DNA of 64,000 nt. Origin: Neovahlkampfia damariscottae (taxonomy: Eukaryota). The notes beneath the pieces are model-generated. The model made no database searches. It was not told where the DNA came from and saw only the letters and a program-made list of their open reading frames with translations. Location: assembly GCA_016618085.1 (NCBI GenBank), contig JABLTG010000026.1, positions 1 to 64,000 of the forward strand, given 5' to 3'. Within the stretch, counting starts at the first letter, position 1. Each line of letters opens with the position of its first letter. Shown one piece after another: positions 1-12,235 of this stretch. The translations under genes were made by a program, and so were the position numbers.

Positions 1-88
1 CCAAACCCAAACCCAAACCCAAACCCAAACCCAAACCCAAACCCAAACCCAAACCCCAAACCCCAAACCCCAAACCCCAAACCCCAAA
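1..88. repeat. Telomeric repeat tract: (CCCAAA)x8 plus a partial unit at 1-53, then (CCCCAAA)x5 at 54-88; G-strand TTTGGG/TTTGGGG
   Basis: Perfect C-rich tandem repeats at the very start of the sequence, in the orientation expected for a left chromosome end. Confidence 0.93.
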
Positions 89-215
89 CCAAAAATCCAA
101 AAATCCAAAAACCCAAAAATCCAAAAATTCAAAAATCCAAAACCCAAAATCCAAACCTAAATTCAAATCCAAATTCTCTCCAAAACCAAAACCAAAAACC
201 TCCCTAAAAACTAAA
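89..215. repeat. Degenerate telomere-like repeats (TCCAAAAA, CCCAAAA, CCTAAA, TTCAAA)
   Basis: Progressively mutated CnAm units directly internal to the perfect tract. Confidence 0.8.
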
Positions 216-239
216 ACATATAATCCAATATACAAAATA

Positions 240-1260
240 CCTGGTCCATGGTTTAATCCTCCAAATATTTAATCCTTCACAAGTGATTTAATTGTCTAAC
301 AAGAAATGTTCACATGCATGTTGACTATTCTACCATAATTTTTATCCACAATTCAAATCAAGTTTTTTTTTGGTTTTCGTTTTCCCAAATCAGGAAATGT
401 TTTATTGATAGTTAACTTCTATTTGTTGAATCAGACTTACCTGTTTAGTATTAGATTTTTGTCGATATCCGACATGATCCTGTTCTGGTTTTTATATTGA
501 TCCGATTCCTCACATTCCAGCTCCCTCTACAACATAGCCAATGAGGTAGCAATCTCTTGTACTCGGAGCTATGGAGAACACTTTCCGCTTCGAATATATT
601 AATTGTGTCCGCATCAAGTAAAAGAATTGTGAGAAGAAATTTAATGATGTGAATTCACATTGAATTAAAAACTCAGATTTGCACAACAAACATGTTTACA
701 ATCAATAGCTATTCTAGTGCATTGAGGAGTAGGAGTGCCAAATTTTTGATACTCCTGACCGAATACTCAATTTCAAACTTTTTTTTTCATCTCCATTAAT
801 TATCTGGTTTAAATAAAAATTTATTTTCTTCACCATAAATCAGTATATTTATCTTTCAATGATTTGTATCAGAAATCAGAAATCAGAAAATCTTTTCTCA
901 TAGGATTTTGGGTTTAGTTGTAAAGTTTGTTTTTCTAAACTGTTAACATCTTCTTTGGTCAAATAATTCCAACAATGAATACCTTGGTCTCCAAAAAGTT
1001 TTCTATCATGCCTCTAACGAAAGTATTATATGCTTTCCATATTTTTTTTTAAATGTAAACCCTTTTGCCTCGCAACATGATTGTTACAATACTTAATGGT
1101 GAAACCATTTTTAATTCATTGGAACTTGAACATTTTAAAAATGTACCAAATAAATATTTTCGTATCATATTTCATCTATTGAATTCATCCTCAGAAGGTT
1201 GTAGTAGTGAAGTAGTAACTCGCTTTCTTGTAGTATGGAGAGGAAAACGAATTGGTGATA
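240..1260 (-). pseudogene. Probable decayed subtelomeric gene remnant(s)
   Basis: Minus-strand coding-like stretches (e.g. RHDRKLFGDQGIHCWNYLTKEDVNSLEKQ) broken by stops and a 7-nt ATCAGAA triplication near 868-888; no family recognised. Confidence 0.3.
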
Positions 1261-1298
1261 AATTAACCAATCAAACCAATCATCCAATCAAACATTGA

Positions 1299-3073
1299 AT
1301 GAAGGTTGTATGTTTAGTTTTATTTATTTTCACGTTAGTATGTGATGGACAATTCTTATTCCAAGAAATAATACTAATAGATTTGAAAAGATATTATTTC
1401 CAATGAAAGATGGTTCAATTAAATTTTATGAGGCATGAAGTGTATGATAGAGATGTTTTCATTGCTCCAACAAGAAAAGTAAATTTAAATTTTGAAGTGT
1501 TAGATTTATCTTTTGAATCAAAAAAAGAAATATATAATTTACATGAAATGAAAAATAAAACAAACCTAAATATAACATTTAATACTGTTCATAGCATTAA
1601 ATTGTAATGATTATTTTTGTAAAGGAGATTCAATCATTATTAAACAATTAAATAATTCAAATTTAACAAAGAATGAAAAATTAAAATATGATCATCTTCA
1701 TATTTTAGTTCATCGTTACTGCGTTCAATGTTCTGAAACTATTGATCAACAATTTAATAATTTTAATTGTAAATATTTTAATCAACATTATTGTAAAAAT
1801 AAATGTAATACAGTTGAGTTTAATTCAACATGTATTTATTTTAAATCAAATGGATTAAATTTATGTTATCAAAAAAGATAAAGGTATGTTTATTTAAATT
1901 AATTAAAAGAAATGTAATAGATTTATATTATCATAAAAATGATTTTACACATAAATATTTAATGTTAATTGTATTATATAATCCAATTATATCTTTCATT
2001 TTAATGATAATTTTATTATTATTTTTAATTATATTTATTATTACACCAGAAATTTTATTCAAGAAATATTTACATTTTTGTATTGATACATTTTTTTAAT
2101 TTTTAAATAGAAATATAATTAGAATATTAATTAGTTTATCTTGTTTATTTTCAATTTTATTATCTTCATTATCTATTATTACAAATGATGATTTATATTT
2201 ATCTTTCAATCCATTTATTACTACTTTACTATTCTCTTATAATTTATTTTTTATAAAATGGTTAGAAGAGTTATATTACTTTCTAATTAATATGAATAAG
2301 GTTACATTCTCATGAAAAAAGAAAACATTTAAAAAAGATATTATCTAATAGAAATAGGTAACAACATACCATATATTTAAATTCATATTATTTATTTAGA
2401 ATTATTTTAATTTTTATTTCAATTTTATTTATTATTTTAGTTAGTGGTTTCTTTGTATTTTATTTTTTATCTATTGAATTTGATCAAAATAATTCAAAAT
2501 TTTGGACATATTTTTTTGCATTCTTTATTTTATTAATTTCATTCGTTTATTGTTTTATTATCTTTTTAATTACATTAATGATGATTAAATTCTATATTCG
2601 TGATGTACTTTGTTCAACTTTGAAATCAACAAATATCAAGTTCTTGTTTTTAATACCAAATTAAGCACCTTTTTGATATTATTAAACTTAGATATATTAA
2701 TTTGGTGTTCAATTAGAATTTTAAGTGCATTAACAATGATATATGGTAGAGATTATTTGTCTATTGAGTTCTATATTTTATCAATTCCATTATATTCATT
2801 TTCAATAATTTTCACAATAACTATTTTAGTTATGTCAACATTCAATTTTCAGGCTGTTCGATTTACTATAAATTTCTTCATTTTTACAAGATTCTCAGAT
2901 TTTAATGATCAAGAGTCTTTGAAATTGATGAGAACATCAACTACAAATTCATTACACACTAGTTTAAGAACAGAATATGATGCAGAAAATGAAGATGGAT
3001 TTTCTGATGAAGAGGAAGGATGTTGAAGATACATATATTTTGATTGTTTGATTTTTTAGTCCATGAACTCTGA
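1299..3073 (+). pseudogene. Multi-pass (7TM-like) membrane protein with signal peptide and Cys-rich ectodomain; frameshifted in its 5' half
   Basis: Signal-like start MKVVCLVLFIFTLVCDG, Cys-rich segment, several hydrophobic helices, GT-AG tiny introns; several 1-nt frame breaks between ~1355 and ~2080. Confidence 0.5.
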
Positions 3074-3635
3074 AAAAAAAACAAAGTTTAGAATTATTTA
3101 AATAGTTTTAATAATGGAATTAAAGATGATACTCAATATTTAAACCTTGACGAAGAGGAGATATTAACAGAAGATAAAATTATTGGAAGAACAAAAAAAA
3201 GTACTACAAATATGAAGATCTTGAATATAGAGTAAAATTTATAAATTTTTAATGTTATTGAAGAATTTGAAAACAAATTTTTGAGTACTTTATTTAAATC
3301 CATTTTTTTCTCAAATCAGAATTTTTTCCATAATTTTAATTTCTCTCACAACACAAAAAACAAAATCAAAAAAAAAAAGAAACTTTAGTAGAGGTTATTT
3401 CCTTATCAGCTGAATCAGTTTGGTGCTCCGAAAACTTCTGAGAATTGTACTTGACTATCAAATTAATATCTTTCTGATGTTAAACTACAATACGGGTACA
3501 ACAACTCCATTTTTTTGAAGTCTCACCAATCGAAACGATCAAAAATTCGATTTCACCAATATTGTAGCATTATTGGATTTGTCATTAATTTTTTTTTGAA
3601 CCTTTTTCAAAACAGAGATCATTGGTCGAAGCAAA

Positions 3636-5383
3636 ATGAAAAATTATCTGAGATTTGTTCAATACAAGACCAAATTCAATTATTCAAAAAATCAACACCG
3701 TATTGTTGAATTGAGGAAACTCATTCAAAAGTATTGATACTTTATTTTAACAACATAAATAGATATAATCATCAATATTACAACCTGAGTCAATCATTAA
3801 TTCCAGACGAAGAATATGATAATTTATTTTCTGAGTTAAAAAAATTAGAACAAGAAATCTATTCTGATACTTCTTTAACTGACCAAATTGGAGCTGATTC
3901 AACAGAGAATCGAGTGAAACATGATACCAAAATGTTATCACTTGAAAATTGTTATACTTTTGAAGAGTTGATCAAATTTGATAGAAAAATAAAAAATTAT
4001 GAAAATGAATTTGGAATTGATGAGTTTGAAAAATATATTTGTGAAAAGAAATTTGATGGAATTGCTGTTAGTTTAATTTATAAGGATAATAAATTAATAG
4101 AATGTGTTACAAGAGGTAATGGAATGTATGGAATGAATATTACAAATAATATGAAAAAATATTGTTCAAATTTGAATTTAAATTTAAATATTGATTCAAT
4201 GATTGTTAGAGGTGAAGTAATTATTGAAAAGGATGAATTTAATAAAATTAAATCAAAAAAATATTCAAATTTAAGAAATATTGTTAGTGGTCTTTTATTA
4301 TCAAATTTTAAACAACAAGAGAATGATGAAATTAAATTAAAATTTATTGCATATTCAATTATTGAAAATGATAAAATAAAAACTCAAAAAGAGGTGTTAC
4401 ATCTTTTGAAAGAAAATAATTTTGATATTGATGATAAATTTAAAATATGTTCAAATATAAATGAAATTATTTCTTTTATTAAATCAATTGAAAAAGATAA
4501 TTTAAATTATCAAATTGATGGTATGGTTATTAAATTAAATAATTTAAATTTACAAAATTTAATTGGAAATACAAGTAGATATCCAAAACATTCAATAGCA
4601 TATAAATTTAAATCAAATTTTAAATATTCAATTTTAAGGAATATAATTTATCAAGTATCAAAAAATGGTAAAATTACACCAATAGCTGAATTTGATCCAA
4701 TTAAATTAAATGGTGTTGAAATTAAAAGATCAACATTATTTAATTTTAATTTTATTAAAAAAAATAATTTCAAATTAAATTCAAAAATTAAAATTGAAAG
4801 AGTTGGTGATGTTATTCCAAAGATATCATCTGTTCCATTTGAACAAGAAGAAAGTGATCAAGATATTGAATTACCTATTTTATGTCCATGTTCAAAAAGA
4901 TCAATATTAATTAAAGATGAAAAGAATAATTTATTTTGTGGATTAAAAAATGAATGTCATGAAATATTAACATTTAAATTTTTAAATTTTTGTAAAGTTC
5001 TAGAAATGAAAGGTTTATCAAAAGAAACTATCAGAGAATTAATAAAATTAAATTTAATTACAAAATTTAAAGATTTATTCAATTTAAAGGAAAATGATTT
5101 AAAGAATTTAAAAGGATTTAAAGAAAAAAGAATTAATAATCTTTTAAATTCAATTAAAATTGGGAAAAGAAATTTAAATTTTCAAAATATTCTAATGGCA
5201 TTTGATATCATAGGAAAAGAAACAAATAATGAAATTATTAAAAATTTTGAGAATTTGATTGATTTAAAAGATAATATTGATCAAATTGAAAATATTAATG
5301 GTTTTGGTAAAATTAAATCAATGAATTTAAAAATGAATTTTGAATTAAATTTTAATGAAATGATTGAAATATTAATAAACTAA
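3636..5383 (+). CDS. ligA: NAD+-dependent DNA ligase (LigA type), one intron at 3731-3762, no BRCT domain
   Basis: Domain Ia YNHQYY...DEEYD, motif I EKKFDG, TRGNG, RGE, IDGMVIK, AYKF, OB-fold ERVGDVIP, Cys4 Zn finger, HhH repeats; splicing 3731-3762 joins an upstream exon MKNYLRFVQYKTKFNYSKNQHRIVELRKLIQK. Confidence 0.93.
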
Positions 5384-5389
5384 TACATA

Positions 5390-6439
5390 TTATTCCCAAT
5401 CAAATGCATCTTCTTCTTCTTCTTCTTTTTCTTCTTTTTTATTTTCTTTAATCTTTGATAATTCATTATTTAAATAAGTATTCATTTCTTCATTTTTATA
5501 ATCTTTTTTTAATGTTTCAAAAATTAATTCAAATTTATTTTCTTTTTCTTTTAAATTTTTTAAATTTAAATTTAAATTAACATTTTCATTCTTTAACTCA
5601 TCATCTAAGATATTAAATAATCTAATATATTTACTTTTTAAATTTATTTTTTTTAAATCTTCATTTAAAGATTCAAATTTAATTTTTAAATTATCATTTT
5701 CTTCTTGTAAATTTTTAATTTCATTTTCTTTTAATTGAATTAAATCTTTAATCTTTTCATCAACATTTGAATCACTATTTGATAAAATATTAATTTCATT
5801 TTCAATTCTTTTTAATTTCTTTTCATTTTCTAATTCAATTTCTTTTTGTTTATTTTCAAATTGATGAACTTTCTTTTTTAAAATTTCATTCTCTTTTTTT
5901 ATTATTTCAATTTCTTCATTTGTTAATCTTTCTTCATCTTCCCAATCATCTAATTTTTCTTCTTGTAACTTTTCTTTTTTTAATTTTTCTTCTTTTATAA
6001 ACTTTTGATATCTAAAGAAATATCTTTGCCAAAACTCTTTGTAAGTCAATGTTTCGGATATTAATATTTCATGATTTTCATTAATATATTGATTTTGTTT
6101 TAATAAATTTGATATTTCTTCTGTTTTTTTATCAATATCAAACATTTTTATAAATTCTTCATATCCTTCTTCATTTTTAATATCATTTGTATATGTATTT
6201 TTATTCTTTTGTAATTCTTCTAATTCATTATAATTATCACTAACACTTAATTTTTTTTGAATAAACTTTTTTTTTTATTTTTACCCTTCTTCATTTATGT
6301 TTTTTACAACTGTTTGAATGATTTCACCTGTTTCTGAAGATACTGTTGTTGCAAAATCAGTTAAATCTTTTGCATAGATATCAACAAGTTCACTTGATTT
6401 TTGAGCTAGATTGTCATACGCTTCATAAAACCAGCTCAT
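5390..6439 (-). CDS. BSD domain-containing protein with C-terminal coiled coil
   Basis: BSD signature EFWQRYFFRY; N-terminal exon MSWFYEAY...KDLTDF joined through a GT-AG intron; acidic DWE end. Confidence 0.8.
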
Positions 6440-6603
6440 GATTTTGATTTGATTGGTGGAAAAAGATCCGAGGTTATATTATTTATTTTAAATTAAGAGA
6501 CAAAATTGATATCATTACAGAACATATTTTAGTAGGAATATTAACTTTAGAAACGATAAGAATTCTAATTGGTTAAATAATTTTGGAACAGAGTTAAAGA
6601 GAG

Positions 6604-8315
6604 ATGGGTGGTTGTTGCACAAAAGTACAAAAAGAAGAAACGGAACAGAAAATTGAAACAAATGAAAATGAAACTACAAAATTAATAGAGAAAAAAAAAA
6701 AAAAAATAGATTTCAAAAAAACAAACATCAACCAAGCACCAATAATTGAGATAATCAATCCTGTTACACCAGTTGATTTATTAAAATCATGGGATAAAGA
6801 TAATTTGATAAGATCACCTGAATTATTAAAAAGGTCAAGGTTTGAATGGATTATTTAAAATATAAAGTTATTTAAAAGATGAATGGAAGAGTTACATATA
6901 TTGTGGAATTAATGGTATATTATGTGCTATCAATACATTAGAAAATAAATTAATTTGGAAAAAAGAAATAAATAATTCTAAATTTGGATTTACTTCAATA
7001 CAATTTTCATTAGGAAAAGAAGGAAAAGGAAAATTAATTATAATTCAAAATGATGAATTATATTGTTTAAATAATTTAAATGGTGAAATTATTTGGAATA
7101 GAAAATTATATGGTAAATATTCAATGCTTAAAATATTGAATGACTATTTATACATTTCATCAACCAATGGAATCATTCAATGTATAAAAAAAGAAAATGG
7201 TGAAGAAATGTGGAAGAATGAATTAAATAATAAACATGGTATTAATATCAAATTCATTTCTAATTAAAAAAAAAGAATCTAATTTAATATTTGAATTAAA
7301 TAAGAATTATTTATATTCAAGTTTTAATGGAAGTATATTTAAAATTGATTTAAAAAACGGAAATGAAATTTGGAAAATTAAAAATTTAATGAATATATCA
7401 AATTCAGTTTGTAATATAATTACATTAATAATAAATGATAAAATATTATATTGTTTTATTAAAGGAATTATACATTTAATTGATATTGAAAATGGAAAAT
7501 TAATTAAAAAGATTGAATTAATTAAAAATCCAATTTATAGTTCCATGTCAGTTTTAAAAATAAATACAGATAATATAATTATTGGATATATTGATAAAGT
7601 ATATTGTTTTGATTTAGAAAATAATGAAATTATATGGAAATTTGATGAATTTCAACAATCCGAATTTAATAATTATTTTTCATTCATTTCAATTAAAAAT
7701 TATTTATTTTTTACAAGAAATTTTAATTTATTTAAAATAGATTTATTAAATGGAAAATTAATATCAAAAATTGAAATAAATAAAAAAAGAGAATTATTTC
7801 ATACTATTGCAAATTTAAATAACAATTTATTTTTAATTCATCAATTTAATTTAATTTCAATAAATTCAGAATCATTAAAACAATTATCGATATTTAATTT
7901 AAAATCAATTATATTTCAAACAAATAATCAATCAAATCATTATTCAATTTCATCAAATCAATTTAATTTAAATTTTAATTCTCAACCAATTTTACAATTC
8001 TTAGAAGATGAATCTATTGAAAAAAAGAATGAAAAAATAAAATCAATTGAAATTACAAAAAATGAAATTGAAGAAATGTTTGAAAAATTTAAAAATTCAA
8101 TAAAATTGAAAAATAAAAAATATCATTTAAAAACATATAAAGATGTATTTACAGGTTCAGAGGCAACTGATTTAATATATCAATTATATTCTTTAAATGA
8201 AAAAGAGAATGCAATTTCAATTGGAAAATCATTTTTACAAAATGGATATATTTCTCATGTTACAAATGATCATACATTTAAAAATACAAATAGATTATTT
8301 TATAAAATAAATTAA
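6604..8315 (+). CDS. N-acylated beta-propeller (PQQ-like repeats) protein with C-terminal DEP domain
   Basis: MGGCC start (myristoyl/palmitoyl-type), repeated 'yclD..nGeiiW' units, C-terminal HLKTYKDVFTGSEA...GYISHVT...F DEP motif; 2 tiny introns. Confidence 0.75.
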
Positions 8316-8353
8316 ATTTAATAAAATTTTGAATTTCAATGGCATTATATATC

Positions 8354-8816
8354 TTATTCAACAATTATCTCTTTTTCATTTGAAACTAATTTTTCATATC
8401 TTTCTTGTCTTTCTTTATACAAATAACTCTTTCTTTTATAAAAATAAAAACATGAAAAAGACATTATAATAATCATTATAAATTCAAATACAAACATTGA
8501 ATAAAATGATTCAATTGAAGAACAAAACTCTTCTAACTTACAACCTTCACGTGATACTCTAAAAGTATCAACCTTTTTATCAACATCTTCAATTCTAGTT
8601 AAACTACAATTAACTAATTGATAATATCCAGTTTCTTTACAAACTATAAAATATATAGTTAATACTTTTTAACTGAATACCATTAAAACTTTCCATTTCA
8701 TTTTTTAAACATTTTTTACAATTTTGAATAACTCTACAATCTGAAACCATATAATCTTGTTGACTTGAAACAAGAATAAAGAGAATACACAACAAGTAAA
8801 GAAAAAGTATTTTCAT
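8354..8816 (-). CDS. JTB (jumping translocation breakpoint)-like single-pass membrane protein; absent from the ORF track
   Basis: Signal peptide, C..C..C...CKETGY...C pattern, TM helix, basic tail; one intron. Confidence 0.65.
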
Positions 8817-8853
8817 TGACCAATCAAAATAAAAATAAAAAAAAATAAAAACT

Positions 8854-10252
8854 TTAATGTTCTAAACCTTCTAAAGTATTACCATTTTCATCTTTCCATA
8901 AAATTTTAATCATTTGATTTAAATTTTTTTCAATATCTTTTTTAATTTCTTCATCTTTTATTGTATCTAAATATTGTTGTTTTGCGTGTTTAACTTTTTT
9001 AGAATTAACTACATTAATTGATAAATCTTTTGGATAAAAATGATTTCCATCAAAACCAATAATGAATGGAGTCCAATTTAAATTTGATTTTTTTAAATTA
9101 AAATGAAGTTGTTCATTTTTAAATTCTTTATAAATGTTTGAAATTTGATCATCATCTAATGTTTCAAGTGAATTTAAAATTGATTTTGAATATTTTTCAT
9201 ATAAAAATAAATTTTCTTTTTTTTCTTGATTCATTGAATGTTCAATTTTATGAATAGATTGATCAAAAATGGAAGAAAATAAATTTGACCAACTTTCATC
9301 ATAAAACTTTTGAATTTCAAAATTATCATGATTTCCTGGAAATTTATCAAAATTAAAATCATTAATCATTTCTTCATTTTCATTTTGTGGTTCAATATCT
9401 TTTAAATTTTGTTTAAACATTTTTTCAACATTTAATAGTTGATTCTTTTGTTCAAAATTAATATTTAAATGATTTGGTTTCTTTATTTTTTTTATTTCAT
9501 TTAAATAAATTTTAATTTCTTCTTCTTCTTCTTCTTTTATTTCATAATTCATCATTTCTAAACTTGATTTTAAAAATTCAAATTCATTATTTATCATTTT
9601 TTTAGAATTTAAATAATCAAATATTAAACTTCCTTTAGATGATGATTTATTTTTAAAACATAAAAATATTAATTTTTTAAAAAAACGTTCAACTTTTTCA
9701 ATTTTCTTATTTCTTTTTATTAATTCATTAAATACAAATATTCCTCTTTCTAAATGATTATTTGTAATACAACAATCTAATAAGGTTTCAAATGTAACTA
9801 AATTTGGTTGAATATTTCTCTTTAAAATATCTTCATATATTTCAAAGGTTTCTCCTAAATTATTTTCAATATTTAACTTTAATAAATATAATAGGTATTA
9901 ATCTTACTGATTTAATTAATGCTGTATAAACTCGAATATCTCCTTTGTTATATCCAAGTTTATGATATGCATTTAAGGCACGTTCAGAGTCTTGTGTTTT
10001 TGAAGCTTCAAATATTTCTCTGCAAAATTTTTTATCTAATTCATTCATTTTATGAATCTTTTCAGTTCCTTTTGGATCTTGTTTCAATTCAACTCCTTCA
10101 TTAAAAAAGTTAAAAAAAAAATATGAAAAACCTTTAGCAGGTGGAAACCATTTTCTTTTTAAATTCTTTTTTGTTACTTCTCTGTTTTTATAAAATCTAT
10201 TAATTTCAGGAATATAATTTGAATATATTCTTTTGTTAACGAAAAAAGACAT
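8854..10252 (-). CDS. Pentatricopeptide repeat protein, probably mitochondrial
   Basis: DIRVYTALIKS and IQPNLVTFETLLDCC PPR motifs after splicing; basic N-terminus. Confidence 0.8.
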
Positions 10253-10330
10253 AATTTGATTGGTCGAAATATTTCAAAATGATTGGATAAAATTTATTCA
10301 ACCAACCTCAAGAATTGTTTGTTTTTAATA
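10253..10330. promoter_or_regulatory. 78-bp bidirectional promoter with two ATTGG (CCAAT) boxes; typical example of the window-wide motif
   Basis: GATTGGTCGAAA at 10258 and GATTGGATA at 10281, between the divergent PPR and SR genes. Confidence 0.7.
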
Positions 10331-10988
10331 ATGTCTCATTCACCAAGAAGACAATCTCGTTCACCAAATAGATCAAAATCTCCATCACCTTCAAATGAGG
10401 ATAACAACATTAAAAAATCATTGACAACTATTTTTTTTGGAAATCTTCCATATTCTGTTGATGAAAAAGAGTTAGATAATTTATTAAAAGATTATGGTGA
10501 AATTAATACAATTACAATTGGTTATAAATACGGAAAAAGTTTAGGATATGCCTTTGTTGATTTTAAAAAAAATGAAGATGCAGAAGTTGTTCACAAAAAA
10601 GTAAATACTCATTTTATTTTTATATTTAATGTTTTAGTTTGAAAATTATGTTTTGGATGGAAGAAAATTAAAAATAGATTGGGATGAAGGAAAAGATAAA
10701 AAAAAGAGAGATGGACCAAGAAGAAGATATTCAAGATCACCACCACCTAGAAGAAGAAGATATAGTAGATCACCACCACCTAGAAGAAGGAGATATAGTA
10801 GATCACCACCACCTAGAAGGAGAAGATATTCAAGATCACCACCACCTAGAAGAAGAAGATATAGTAGAAGTCCACCACCTAGAAGGAGATATTCAAGATC
10901 ACCAAGAAGAAGAAGATATTCTAAATCACCATCACCATCACCATCACCACCACCTAGAAGATATTCTAAATCACCAGTTAACCAATGA
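10331..10988 (+). CDS. SR splicing factor (RRM + RS domain)
   Basis: RNP2 IFFGNL, RNP1 LGYAFVDF; one intron starting at 10601; (RRRYSRSPPP)n tail. Confidence 0.9.
10718..10970 (+). repeat. Coding tandem repeat (~33-nt unit) encoding RRRRYSRSPPP
   Basis: Near-identical AGAAGAAGATAT...AGATCACCACCACCT units. Confidence 0.9.
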
Positions 10989-11006
10989 TATTAAAAATTA
11001 ATTTCT

Positions 11007-12235
11007 TTATTCAATTGGAATATATTCTTTATCTGGTATTTCTTTTTTAATATATTCTAATTTTAAGAATCCAATAATTAAAGGAACCATAATGGTAAAG
11101 AATGATATTAATCTTAATTCTTTTGGATCAATAACTAAACAATAAATTAAACATTGATTTAATATTATAATAAATGGTAAATAAGTATATATTATAATTT
11201 CAATAGAATGTGATTCAAACATTGGTGTCTTTAAATAATTAATATATTTTGAATAATCAGTCATCTTTTTAATGGTAACATCATAAAATAATTCAAATAA
11301 AATATAAATCATAGATATTAAAAAGGTTTCAGCAAATATACCTAAAAATGAATAAATTGGTGATCCATAATATTCTAATAGATAAAATTAGATTATATAT
11401 TTACCTCTAAATAAATTATAATTAATATTATTAAAATATATATATACCCTCCTATTTTATATAATTAATATTAAGTATAATTACCATCTGGATAATACCA
11501 TAAATTATTTAAAATACCTAATGGTTCAAATATTAAATTCCATCCAATCATTAATAATCCAGATACTAATGGTATAGTAAATAATGAAAAATATGAATTT
11601 CTATAATTAATATTTTCATCATATCTTGTTCTTTTTAAACCAATAACTATAGTTTCTTATTTAAAAAGAATAAATAAAAACACACATACACATACCTGCA
11701 ATACAATAAACTGGATACATAATCATATAAAATGCAAATGGTTCTTCAACTAAAAAATAATAATAAATTGATATTTAATTTTACTTGGTACTTTTAATAA
11801 CATAATATTATCATATGCATTTGAATTAAATTGTCTTGCACTATAAGGTATGTTGGTATAACTATTAATAATTTCAGTTATCCAATTTATTAATAATGTA
11901 TCAAATAAAAAGAATAAACTTGGAATTATTCCTAAAGTTGAAAATGAATGAAATAAGTTGAAAAATAAAAATGAAAGTGGTTGAAGTATAAAGAAACCAA
12001 GTGCAGGTACCATTAATAAATTTAAAAGTATTCCATAATAAGTAATACCACCATGTACCATTAAAAATATTAAACTTAATATTCCAAAAAAATATCTTTG
12101 TTTTAATATTTTGAATACCCAACTATATTTTTTATCATTTTGATTTTCTAAAAATTTATCTCTTTGAATTTCACTTTCAATTCTAAATTCTTCCATTTCT
12201 TTGGTATTTGTTCTTCCTCTTCTTGCAAAACTCAT
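11007..12235 (-). CDS. Multi-pass membrane protein resembling the carotenoid-biosynthesis CruF/DUF422 (Caroten_synth) family
   Basis: Spliced product shows E...TNIPY....LLKVPI, WNLIFEP.G..LWYYPDGGEYYGSPIYSFLG, which parallels the family pattern as recalled; contains microexons. Confidence 0.55.

Noticed and set aside
1401..1409. In-frame TGA after MKVVCL...YYFQ as selenocysteine or stop-codon reassignment
   Set aside because: Better explained by frameshifts in a decayed gene; conserved genes use TGG for Trp and TGA/TAA as normal stops; no SECIS recognised
3636..5383. ligA as bacterial contamination or part of an integrated giant virus
   Set aside because: Has a spliceosomal intron, the host promoter motif and host composition; neighbours are ordinary eukaryotic genes with no viral hallmark genes
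10684..11001. His/Glu-rich repeat ORF (DHHHLEEED)n
   Set aside because: Alternative-frame shadow of the RS-domain repeat of the SR protein
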